A stretch of DNA of 64,000 nucleotides from Haliotis cracherodii (Eukaryota): positions 56,172,001 through 56,236,000 of the forward strand of contig NW_027266343.1 in assembly GCF_022045235.1 (NCBI RefSeq), in the 5' to 3' direction. Of this stretch, positions 1 to 11,629 are shown one piece after another. The number at the start of each line of letters is the position of its first letter. Within the stretch, counting starts at the first letter, position 1. The notes below the pieces were generated by a model. The model did not search any database. It saw only the letters and a program-made list of their open reading frames with translations, and was not told the DNA's origin. The translations under genes were made by a program, and so were the position numbers.

Positions 1-18
1 CGAGAGATATTAGGGAAA

Positions 19-89
19 TCCACTTCTTGAAACGAGGACATTAAGAGCAACCTCCTCGTGGTGAGTGCTGGGTAACACTAATCGCTCTT
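19..89 (+). ncRNA. HDV-like self-cleaving ribozyme fold at the LINE 5' end (first 2 nt of P1 missing)
   Basis: P1 CACUU 21-25/GAGUG 63-67; J1/2 hairpin 26-36; P2 AAGAGC 43-48/GCUCUU 84-89; P3 ACC 50-52/GGU 60-62; L3 UCCUCGU 53-59; GG 70-71 for P1.1; J4/2 CUAA 78-81. Confidence 0.75.
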
Positions 90-717
90 CCCCCGTGTGG
101 AACCGGGGTAGAATATTTCCACAGCCTCCCATTGCTGGTCGTATGAGGCGACTAAAATGGGCAACCTGTTTGCCGTGGGTTGCGTCCCTGTGTCAGCGGA
201 GGACGGGAGTCTGGTAGTTGAGGGCACTGGTTCCTGGAACTGTGTTCCTTTGCCCAACACACTACTTCGACCCTTACTTCGCCTAGACGGGTGGTAAGAT
301 GGGCCCGGTCTTATCAATCGGCTGGTCATGCCAGGCCCTGTGCGTAATATTGTATCTGCACACCTGTGTTGTATTATAATGTATATTTTGGTCTTGGCCA
401 TGCATACTTTGTATGATTTAACAATTTTGGATGGAATATATTGCCTAGAGTCTTACGCCAGAAGGCGGTGGCTCATGGGCCAATCTGGTGATGTTGACCT
501 CTGCATTCTGTATGTCTCCAGTTGCTTGACATGGACTGAACCTGCCTGGCACTACATCTGGTAGATAAATATAGCTATTCATTTCATATTTGCTGGAGTA
601 TAACACCCCTGTAGCCCTGGTGTTTTGCATTTTGGATATCCAATGCATTAAGACACTGTCCTTGTTGACACTCGATGGTGGGTGGGTAGAAGGGGTGCAG
701 AACCACTTTATCTCATT

Positions 718-1970
718 ATGTCAACGAAACACTCTGGTTCTAAAAGAAAACATTTAGATGCTAGCTCATCTGATGAGGAAATTGATCGCCAATTGGATTC
801 CTAGGCTCGATTAATAGTGATCGAGGCATCTAATCATGAACCCATGAAATTAAACCCATTTGCCATTTCGAAGGCTATCAATGGCTGTTGTGGTGAGGTT
901 AAAAATGTCACCCGCCTCCGTAATGGCTCCATACTTGTGGAGTGCGTACAGAGATAGCAATCTCTCAACTTGTTATCACTCAGCCAATTAGCAAATGTAG
1001 AGGTTGCTGTCTCAGCACATCGAACACTGAACTCATGTCGAGGCATCGTTCGAGACAGAGCGCGATGTCTGTCTGACATGAGTGAAGATGCAATTGTTGT
1101 AGAACAGTCCAAACAAGGAGTTACAGCCGTCAAACGATTCACGAGAAACAGGATAACAACATCATTAAAACTAACACTTATCTCTTCACATTTTCACTTT
1201 CGAGAATTCCTGATTCAATTAAAGCTGGATATTTTAATATTGGAGTGGAGGTTTATGTCCCAAACCCACTCAGATGTTACAAATGTCAAAATTTTGGACA
1301 CGGTGCCCAGACCTGCACCCGCAACCCAGTCTGTGTCCACTGCAGTGGCTCCCATGAGGGTACTCAGTGCACAGACACCATTAAATGTGCAAACTGTGAT
1401 GGTGTCCACTTGGCCTCATCCAAACTTTGTCCAAAATTTATTCTCCAATCAAAAATACTGAAAGTAAAACACACAAATAATTTCGCTTTTCGTGATGCCA
1501 AAATCTTAGTTCAAGCTCAATCACCAAGTATTCCCACAAAATCCTACTCGGCAGCTGTAACTTCCAATCCTATTGTTAAGGTTGCTACAACATCTATCGG
1601 ATGTCAGACAAACATCTCTTGGGTGGGTGATCAGCAGAAAACTGTAGATGTAACATCTCAATCATCTTCTGATGATACTATAACAGCAACATCAGCCTAA
1701 CAGACAGAGGTGCTACAATCATCACATCCTGTTCATGAAATATTGGAACCAGAATCATTGCAAAGAGACTTACATCTAACAAAAACTGAAAAAAAGAAAC
1801 TAAAGAAAACGGCGAGGGCACTCCAACACTTGGAGGTGCCTTCCTGTCTGTCCACATCTGTTAAGGTTCACAACCAATTTGAACCTTTGGCGATGGAGGT
1901 CACTCCATCGCAGACAGGCCATGGGAGTAGACCTCCCTCCAAGACAAGATCACCCACAGAACCACCATGA
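718..1970 (+). pseudogene. LINE ORF1 (gag-like nucleic-acid-binding protein), disrupted
   Basis: HRTLNSCRGIV and VEVYVPNPLRC motifs; knuckles CYKCQNFGHGAQTC, CVHCSGSHEGTQC, CANCDGVHLASSKLC. Split over several ORFs by stops and frameshifts. The stop overlaps the ORF2 start (ATGA at 1967-1970). Confidence 0.88.
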
Positions 1971-4900
1971 CGAGTTCTCATCCTATCATACAGTGGAATT
2001 GCAGAAGACTAAGGAACAATTTTGATGATTTGCAGCTATTGACTCAAGATTTTATGCCATTGGCATTTTGCCTACAGGAAACGTACTTCAAAAATACTGA
2101 TCAGCTCAACATTAGACAATACGATTCTTATCATTGTTTTTCACCTCCAGGGGCTAAGGCTACTGGAGGTTCTACAGTCTTGGTGAGGCAGGGTGTCATT
2201 CTTAGCCCTGTTCGACTGAATACCCCTCTACAAGCTATCGCTGTTCGTATCACCATGCACATTGTTTTCACCCTGTGTTCTCTTTACATTCCTCAATCTG
2301 CATCTCTTCAGCTAACCGATCTTCAGGCTCTCTATGACCAGCTTCCTAAGCCCTGTATCATAATGGGCGATATGAACGGACATAATCCACTTTGGGGTAG
2401 TGATCACACAAGCAGTAAAGGCAAACTCCTAGAAGATTTTATTTCTAACAATACTTTATGCCTTTTTAATGATAATTCTAAAACATATTTACACCTGGTA
2501 CAGGAAAATATTTTTCTCTTGATTTGTCTGTCACAGATTCCAACCTGCTAAATGAATTTGAGTGGTCAGTCCACGATGATCTCTGTGGAAGTGACCACTT
2601 TCCAACCATATTAAACCCTATTACCCCATCTGATGTCCCTCCATCATCTCGATGGAACTTTACAAAAGCCAACTGGCCTCTATATGACATTCTCTGTACA
2701 GGCAAACTAACACCCGGTCGCTTTACTGACATTCCTGATCCATTAAAATGCTTTTCTGATGAACTCAACAAAATAGCTGAAGAATGTGTTCCAAAGTCCT
2801 CTGGAATTCCACACATACGTAAACCATGGTTTACCGATGACTGCAAGCGATCTAGGAAGGTGAGGAAAAAAGCAGAGCATTATTTCCGCCGCCATCCTAT
2901 GGTCCATAATCTAAATTAATTTAAAATTTTAAACGCTAAAGCAAGACGGACATTTAAACAAAGTAAACGTCAATCTTGGCGAAACTATGTGTCAAAAATA
3001 AATTCTCGACTGCCCATGTCCAAAGTATGGAACATGATCCAAAGGATCAAAGGTAAGGGCACAAAATCTAGTATTCACCATCTTTAAAATGGGGACCAAA
3101 TACTTACTCATAAATCAGATATTGCTAACAAGCTTGGTGCAACTTTGGCTAAACACTCTTCCTCCTCTAACTATGTACCTCAATTCCAAAAGTATCAAAA
3201 ACAGTAAGAAAAGAAACCTATTAATTTTACTTCCGATAATGGGGAAGATTATAATGAACGCATGTCAAACAATCGTCTCGTTTGGTACCTGGAATCCAAT
3301 AATCTTATTACTAATATACAATGTGGTTTCCGGAAAAACAGAAGTACCATCGACAATTCGTTCGCCTAGAATCATTTGTTAAAAATGCAATAATAAATAA
3401 ACAACATGCAGTGTCTATCTTTTTCGATCTAAAAAGAGCTTATGACACTACATGGAAACACGGGATTTTAAAAGATTTACATGATTTTGGTTTGAGAGGC
3501 CGTTTGCCTAATTTTATATCACAATTTTTAACAGATAGAAAATTTCAAGTCCGAGTGGGTTCAACCCTGTCTGACCATTATAATCAGGATCAGGGTGTCC
3601 CACAAGGCAGTATTTTGTCTGTCACCATGTTTAGTATTAAAATTAATAGTTTGTCAAAGGTTTTAAGTGATTCAGTGGATGGATCACTGTTCGTGGATGA
3701 TTTTAATGCATCTTGTCGTGGTAAAAATATGCATACCATAGAGAGGCAGTTACAAATCTGTCTCAATAAAATTCATAAGTGGTCTCTCGAAAACGGGTTC
3801 AAATTTTCTATGTCTAAAACTAACTGTATACACTTCTGCAGAAAATGTAAGCCGCATAAAGACCCTGAATTATTTTTGAATGGCACCCCTATCAAAGTTG
3901 TAAAAGAGGCAAAATTCCTGGGACTCATCTTTGATAGCCATTTAACTTTCTTACCACACATTAAATCTCTTAAAGCTAAATGCCTGAAAGCACTCGATTT
4001 GTTGAAAGTTGTTTCTAATTCCAAGTTGGGAGGGGATCAGAGTACCCTCCTACACTTATACAGGTCACTGATCCGTTCCAAACTTGATTATGGCTCCATC
4101 GTCTAAGGTGGAGCCTGTAAAAGTAATTTAAAAAAACCATGATACTATCCATCACCAAGGACTGAGGCTTTGCCTTGGAGCCTTTCGCACTTCTCCTATT
4201 CCAAGTCTGTCTGTTGAGGCGGATGAGCCTTCTCTTAAACAACGCCGTCTGAAACTATCTTTACAATACATCACTAAATTATATTCCAATCAGTCAAATC
4301 CAGCCTTTAATTGCGTATTTAATCCTCTGTACGAAGATATTTACAATAAGAAAACATCTCTTGTTCCACCCCTAGGAATAAGAATTAAATCAGTCGTTTC
4401 TGCTGCGAACATTACCTTTCAGCATATAGCTCCCACCAAACTTTTTTCATCGCCTCCTTGGCAGATGGTTAGACCAACTGTAGACCTCACATTAACTAAA
4501 CTTAAAAATCTGATACAAATCCACTTATTTATAAACAAGAATACAATCAATTATGAAACAATTATGACACTTATAAATCTATATTTACAGATGGATCCAA
4601 GGATGGTGGCGCAGTTGCTAGTGCCACTGTAATTGGATCCAGGACAGTATCTTCACGATTACCCGATAATAGTTCCATATTCACAGCAGAAGCTCACGCA
4701 ATTTTAACAGCACTAAAATATATCAAGAAGAAATCCAAATATAAAGACTTCATTATTTTTTCAGATTCACTTTCGTGCCTTCAGGCTATTAAAAATATGT
4801 CATGTAAACATCCATTTTTAATTGAAATTCTTGAGTTATTTAATGATCTTGCGACTGGCCAATATGACATCGTTTTTTGTTGGTTACCAAGCCATGTTGG

Positions 4901-5370
4901 GATTGTTGGTAACACACTGGCTGATGCTGCCGCAAAAGCAGCACTCAACAAATCTGTGACACCACTTCTTTTACCATACAGTGATTATAAACCTGTCATT
5001 AGATCTTACATCAAAGATCTAATGCAGAAGAAGTGGGACACCCAAGTGGGTATTAATAAATTACATGCAATAAAAGCAAATATCAGTTATACCTACTTGG
5101 GTTGTCAGTCCAGATTTGAAGAGGTCATTTTAAGACAATGTCGTATTGGCCATTCACCTTACACTCATGAATATATTTTAAAAGGTGAGGATCCTCCATT
5201 CTGCATCCCTTGTGATGAAAGAATCACGGTCAAGCATGTCCTGCTTGACTGCATTGATTTTTCCATCACAAGGGATAACTATTTCAAGGTTAAATCTATG
5301 AAGGATCTTTTTAATACTATTAGTTCTCATTTAATTATTGTTTTTTAAAGGAAATTGTACTATTGCATAA
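1967..5370 (+). pseudogene. LINE ORF2 (AP endonuclease, reverse transcriptase, RNase H, C-terminal Cys/His motif), disrupted
   Basis: APE motifs IIQWNC, CLQET, MGDMNGH, GSDHFP. RT motifs FFDLKRAYD, GVPQGSILS, LFVDD, KFLGLIFD. RNase H motifs IFTDGS, FSDSLS, WLPSHVGIVGN. C-terminal CIPCDERITVKHVLLDC. Multiple stops and frameshifts. Confidence 0.93.
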
Positions 5371-5923
5371 ACTTTGAATGATATATTCTGTACATAATCA
5401 GTGTTTTTTTATAATTGGTTGAATAAAATTAATAACTGAGATCGTTAGTGGCTATATCCTCGAAGGGGGTTGAAGTAGTGTAAAATTATTGTCCCCCTAA
5501 GAGGGTATGTAAGACCACGTCTTTCAAAGTATATTTATTTATACCACAGTTTTAATCGTAGCATATGTGTTATTTTAATGTTTGCTAAATTTGTTAATAA
5601 TCGCCAACAGCTGAAGGGATGATGTAAATCCGGCTGGGGTCCATGCAGGTAGCAAAGTGGCTGGCGATCTATAGCTCATTTTTATCTTGTATTGTTTCGT
5701 ATGATGTTATATTTTTATTGCTAACTACTAGTTTTAGACATTATCTGTGATAAATCTAGTTTTTTTACTGTCCTTCGTCGACAGGTTTTTATTTCGTATA
5801 ATTCTGTGTATTATTAATGTACTTCTCGTCACGATATGGCTGAAATACTGCCGATGTGACGTTAAATCTTAACTCACTCACTCATTAAGCATTAAAAGAA
5901 GGTAGAGTACTGTTTTCAATGTA

Positions 5924-6020
5924 GTGAGTGAGTGTGGTGTTACGCCGCTTTTAGCAATATTCCAACAATTTTAGGGTGAAGCACATTTCTGGTGTCCCCA
6001 ACTGTGATATTGCTGGGTTT
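5924..6020. mobile_element. SINE fragments (family 1), tail piece in minus orientation plus a body piece
   Basis: 'agtgagtgagtgtggtgttacgccgcttttagcaatattcc' and 'gtgaagcacatttctggtgtccccaactgtgatattgctgg' match the SINE at 56340-56503. Confidence 0.65.
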
Positions 6021-6689
6021 TTTAAATGTTTTTTTCTAACTGGAACTTCCAACCTTCCTATAAACACCTACCAGAAGTAACATTTGATGAGTGGAGGTAG
6101 GTTCTGGTATGCAGTCAAGATAATATTATGTTCCAACATCCCCTGCCATTTCCGACGCCATTCTAGTGACCTTTCGCATTCAATGTAGGCCTAGCACTCA
6201 CAGACATGGCGACATGTCTGGTGTATCTGAATGTGCTGGATGACAGTCATCTTAGTGCGACGAGAACGCCAGCCTCAATTGTAGTTGTCGGAAATGACAA
6301 GGAACCATGAAGTAAACGGCTTTAACAATTGGACAAATCAGGCGAAGATGTGTTGTATATGACCCCTGCTTTTGTCTTGATGTGATCACAACACACAAGG
6401 CAAGATGAACAGTGGGGATTTTACATGTGGACCGTTTGTTTGGATAGGATACGCAAAGGCAAGAGCTACTGTCATAATTTTCTTATCTATTTTAATAAAT
6501 AATGATGTACACGAGGACATATTTCTGTGACAAGACGACGTGTCCAGTTATTTGTTGAGCTACAGAAGGACACAACAGGTTTTCTAAAATTTTGAAATTT
6601 CTTAATTATTTTATGAAGGAATTCACATACAACCTCAAACGTTGTGTTCATCTGTTTCATATTTAGAGCTATGCAAAAGATTCAGAGTG

Positions 6690-7110
6690 ACAAAACACTC
6701 TCCACAAGAGGGATGACTTCAACTTTCCAATAATCAACCTACCCATTATGTCGAACAATATTCCTGCAGCTCCACCCCTTTGGTGCTTATATTTCACAAC
6801 ATTTCGGGTATATTTGAGGATGTTCTTTCCACCAAGATTCCAAAGAGCGTGATACAACTCAAAAGTTTTTGGATCACGGTCACAACATTCTAAAGCCACA
6901 CCACAACCTCAAAACATTTTGTGGTGGATATGTTGAGGATAGTTCTTAATATAACCCACCAGTGACAAAAATTATGTCCGATGCATGTCCCTATATAGTT
7001 TGACCATATGTTTCCATGTTCTTGTTCAGGTGAACAAATTACTTACCTTTGCATGTGTTTGGGCGGGTCCAACCGGTGGGATAGGATACGCATTTTCGAG
7101 AACACCTTGC
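6690..7110 (+). mobile_element. Penelope-like retroelement RT 3' fragment
   Basis: Translates to KRDDFNFPIINLPIMSNNIPAAP, typical of the Penelope-like RT C-terminal region. A similar fragment lies at 55330-55840. Confidence 0.7.
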
Positions 7111-7119
7111 ATCAACGCT

Positions 7120-7209
7120 ATTCTGTGAAGCCCATTTCTGGTGTCCCCCGCCGTGATATTGCTGGAATATTGCTAAAAGCGCGTAAAACCATACTCACTC
7201 ACTCACTCA
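7120..7209 (+). mobile_element. 5'-truncated SINE (family 1) with (ACTC)n tail
   Basis: 'gtgaagcccatttctggtgtcccccgccgtgatattgctggaatattgctaaaagcgcgtaaaaccatactcactcactcactc'. Confidence 0.8.
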
Positions 7210-7909
7210 TGGCTATTCGTTAACACAAGCTCATGATACAGTCGGAATCGTAAAATCGACCATACTTGTGGCAGATATTTCTTCTGAATATGGAAAGGGT
7301 TTGTTGTCGCTTTTATTTACATAAACAGTTTGATACGGCGTGTGCTTCGTGAATACAACAAATAAGAGACAACGTTCAATTAGGTCAGCGTTCTTGTAAA
7401 CTCGGAATATACATGGGACTGTAGTTTCCTGGCGAGTCATCGTGTCTGTCTGCGACTACCATCGACTCAACATTACAAGATAATTTCATATTTTTTAATT
7501 AACTGATAATAAGTAAGTTAGGGGCGTCATGTCGATAAGGCTTCGTCATAGGTACGACTTATGCCAGTTCGCGGACATTTGGTGTAATTACATAATTACA
7601 AAACCTATATAACAACATAACAATTAATCTCATGATTCACTACTATGTTGGTTTACTGGTATTGTTTCCAAAACAGTTATCATTCTTTTACATTACTCAA
7701 AGCTGCATATTTTGTCAGTACAGCGTTTAGCAAGCATCGATGGTTACTGACCGTTACATGTCGACTTCACTGTCTCCCTTTGGTTGACTGCGGAATACAT
7801 TGCATGTTATGCGATGTGAAAACGCCAATACTGAAATAAATTCAAATGTATAATGTTTTATTGCAAAATATATTCTATGTTGATGACCCTCAAATCAGCA
7901 ATATTTAAG

Positions 7910-8130
7910 TGGGAACACGGGCCGGGTGACCCAGTCGTCCTTGTCGCTGCTATGATTGTGGGTTAGAATCCCGGTTCACCCCGATTATGTTTCTAGATGT
8001 GTCAGCACAAAACTCATGCTCGTTGAGTTACAATGTGGTAAAGGTCTGAGACCTGCTTCCCGTTGGGCTTTCCTCCCACATTAAGCTGACACGCTGATAT
8101 AACTGGAAATCTGTTCAAAGTGTCAAACCC
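7910..8130 (+). mobile_element. tRNA-derived SINE (family 2), diverged
   Basis: B-box-like 'ggttagaatccc' followed by 'ggttcaccccgattatgtttctagatgtgtcagcac'. Homologous to 23529-23780 and 63713-63930. Confidence 0.65.
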
Positions 8131-10769
8131 ATTATTGTGAATAACATTCACCGTACGCAATGTACGCAAAAAATATTTTCAATGCAAAGTCCACACGCGA
8201 TAGCCATATCCATGGCCTCCATTCAACCAATTCAAATAGTTTGGCGTTGTTCTAAGCCTCCTGGAGGAAGAATAGCTAACTTAAACAATTTGTCATTTTT
8301 ATATGAAGACAATTAGCTTCCTCTAAGGCGTTGATTGTATCACTAACGTGTTTAGGCATACAAAGACACAAATAGAAACCATGTTGACGCCTATGTGACC
8401 TATCTACCATGACACGAGTTGGTTATAAACAGATTGGTGAATAGCCGTTGGCTTGTTGAGATGACGGGCACAGAAAATCCTTGACACCAGTCAGTGCAAC
8501 TGGGTCACCATTGATGTGGAAACAATATGTACATAGACTGAGGTACAACAACAGGAAGACAAATGCCCCTGATGACGGTTGTTTTTTCTCTTTGTTGCGT
8601 GATGTGTGATTGTGTCATGAATTTCTTGCAAAACGTAAAAAGAAAGAACATGTGGTATTTTGTTTCAAGCTGATTAACTAATTATCCTTCTAAGTTAATA
8701 GAATTGTCGATGGTGCGTTTGAGGAGTTAAGGACACAGTTTCCCGTTAAAACATTCTTAAGAACACTCTGCGACGTTAAACAAAATAAAGTTACGAACAT
8801 GCAGACTTGCATCTATTTCATGCGACCTATTTTTGTCTCTTCATCTTTGGTCTCTTCATCTTTGGTCTCATCACAAGATATTTTGGTCACCTTATTCAAA
8901 ACTCTTGAGTGAACCACTGCGGTCTCCGATATAGTAACACTAGTTTACTCTCAGCGATTGCAAATTACATTTCCAAGTTTACGTTAACATGAAGCTATTT
9001 CTATTCAGGCGGAAGACCAGGGGCGCTGTCCAAGATCACACGGAAGATAATTAGCAAACAGTTTTAGGATCAATTAAATTAGGGTTGCCTAATGGTCTCA
9101 GCAAGGTCTAATTTCGATCGACCTTATTTGTTCAAATTTAGACCAACGTTTCTTTGTTTGTCCTCACTGCGTCGGCCATCACTGGACGAGGTAGTGAATT
9201 CTAAACTATACATAGATCTTATTAGGTAAAGATGAGGTTAACAGCAAGGTCCAACGCTACTGGATGGAACCACTACGATTGAGGAGTGAATACAAAGTGC
9301 ATCTTCCATTAAGGGTATACCAAAGTAGAAGTAGCACACTTCGTATTGATTATATAATTAATTGTATGGAAAGAACTCATCGAGGTTACGTATCACTTGA
9401 ACTAATGTGAAATAATTCACATCGAGTCCATACCAAGGATAATGGATGCGATGAATATATTTTGGAGGTCACACCCAACAGATTGGCAAGTTATACAACC
9501 TTTGGGTCTCCCTTGTCATCTATTTCCAATGGCTAACAACCACACAGATCTGTCCTAATGACACATGGCATTAGTCCTGCATTGATCATCATGTATGGTT
9601 TGCGATTTCCGGATACAAGTTCATGTTGAAGAAAAGTAGTTACATATTACAGACACGATTAGTATAATGTACTCGCCCACCTACTCTATAAATATTATAG
9701 TGTGGATGGATGTCTTCCGGTTGGCCTCAAACTGTTACCATTGAACAAATTACAACATAGTTCGACCGCTGTCTTCTTGTATTATTCAGCTAACATTATC
9801 CAAATGTATCCTTTTCAAATATCAATCAGAAAATATCTGAGACATGAATGGATTATTTCATTTGATGGGATTGGTCTACAAGTCACGTGACGTATTTTAA
9901 AGCAAATAGGCAATATTTCAGCCATATCCAGATTTGATCTTATGACATAACATAAAACATAGGTAGTGAAAGAATGAAAACTGTGCATTTTAAGCATGTT
10001 TCGGTTACGTCATATGATTGCGCCATGATGAAGACAACAACATGTCTGACCTTCATGAGCTTTGGCGTATAGGTTAAATTCAATGGCATCGATATCTGTC
10101 CATGATTGCATTGTAAAGCGTTCATATTCCAATGCTGTAGATCCTGAAATTAATCAGAGCCCCCGTCTGGCCTAAAATGTACCATGCGTTTAATGCGAGT
10201 AGCCCTGCCTTTGGATCCCGAAAGCCTAATCAACAAACGATTACACTTAGAATTTTAATTCCATGATATTGTATGCGGTGATAGCAGTTCGACGGAATAA
10301 CATCATTTGCTATCTTAACTTCAACTACATGTTATCAAACGTACATTAAAACACAAGCCAGACATTCCTGATGACGCAAAGTCCTAACTGTAGTCGCCCA
10401 ATGAGCTAGACTGTACCGATGTCTGGACACCAGGCAGCTTGCCAAGGGATAATTTTTACACAGTGAAATTGTCCAGAGATAATGAAAGTTCTATTATTGC
10501 TGGAAGTCTTACAATGGCTATGTCTGTAGCGCGGCACGAGTGTCACCGCATCTGTCGTCACGCTAATCGATCTAAAAAAACAGTACAGCACCTCTTTCTT
10601 ATAGATAGAGGTTTCCCTCATCTGACAATTACACTTCGGTCTAAAAATAATTAAATTCTCGTTAGAGATTACAAGTATAGAATTACCATAGTCTTTAAAA
10701 AATTGTATCATTACTGAGTCTATTCGGGTTCTGCAATGAACTCCGTGGTGGCAAGTGTCCTGTGCACAT

Positions 10770-11060
10770 CGAACAGGTCACAAATCAGGCGAATTTGGTC
10801 ACGGAGAGTAGTTAGATGACTCCTAAGTATTTCTACTGCCCCACACTGAAGCACATGCAGCACGTGTCAAGTCTCCCGTGGCAAGCGACTTTGTTCCAAA
10901 TATGTTCTTTTTACCCAGCAGTGAATGGGTACCCGGAAGGATGAGATGTTATGCGATTGTTCACCTTCTAGCGCCTCTTCTTTTGCTGTATACTCTCTGG
11001 GGAATTGAGAAAGAAACTTGAATGCACACTGATCCATTGACCGGAGAAATGATAGTGTTA
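10770..11060 (+). mobile_element. Degenerate SINE-like element with a Deu/Nin-like core
   Basis: The core motif 'acccagcagtgaatgggtacc' resembles conserved SINE central domains. Boundaries are uncertain. Confidence 0.35.
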
Positions 11061-11629
11061 GCGATTTTGGCTTGCATCAACGGTCTCAGAGTGCATTCGT
11101 GTCATACAATATATGAGTTAAACCGAGAGAGTGAATGCTATCCTATGTACTAAGATTTCAAATACAAGGAAGGTAATATGTTTGAGTTTCCGCTCATACG
11201 TTGCCAAATGATGTTTATTTTATCACAAGCAGTGGTGAACGGCAACTCGTCAAACATTCTTAATCGATACTTTCAGGATGTCGTTCGTCAACAACAGCAT
11301 TTTACCTCATGTATAAATGATTACTTTCCTTCAAACAAAGACTATTGGGTTTCAGTGAATCCGAATCAACTTTCAGTCCGCCTCATCAGGTATCCGGTTA
11401 CTAATTGCCCGTACAAACATTGAAAGCCACTCAAGTCCTGGCTTTATATCATTTGCTGTACAGGTCCGTACAAAAACACTCGGCTTAACATTATATACAA
11501 ATGTCGTATCAGTAGTGCTGTTTCAGAAATATAGTTATCGACTATATATATATATTGAATTAGAATTGTCTCTCGTATGCGATAAACCGAGTGCAGATAT
11601 TTCTGGGACGCATACGTAGTGCTGTTACT

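Larger units (their letters stand above)
19..5884 (+). mobile_element. Near-full-length, inactivated non-LTR retrotransposon (LINE), I/Nimb-type with RNase H
   Basis: Structured 5' UTR, then ORF1 with 3 CCHC knuckles and ORF2 with APE-RT-RNase H. The 3' end 'gatatggctgaaatactgccgatgtgacgttaaatcttaactcactcactca' ends in an (ACTC)n tail. Many stops and frameshifts. Confidence 0.92.

Noticed and set aside
39-45. CATTAAG at 39-45 and 5883-5889 as the LINE target-site duplication
   Set aside because: The left copy overlaps the ribozyme P2 strand, so it is inside the element. The match is probably chance, and no convincing TSD was found.
9480-9545. GSPLSS-like motif suggesting another Penelope RT relic
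   Set aside because: Too short and too degenerate to support without a profile search.
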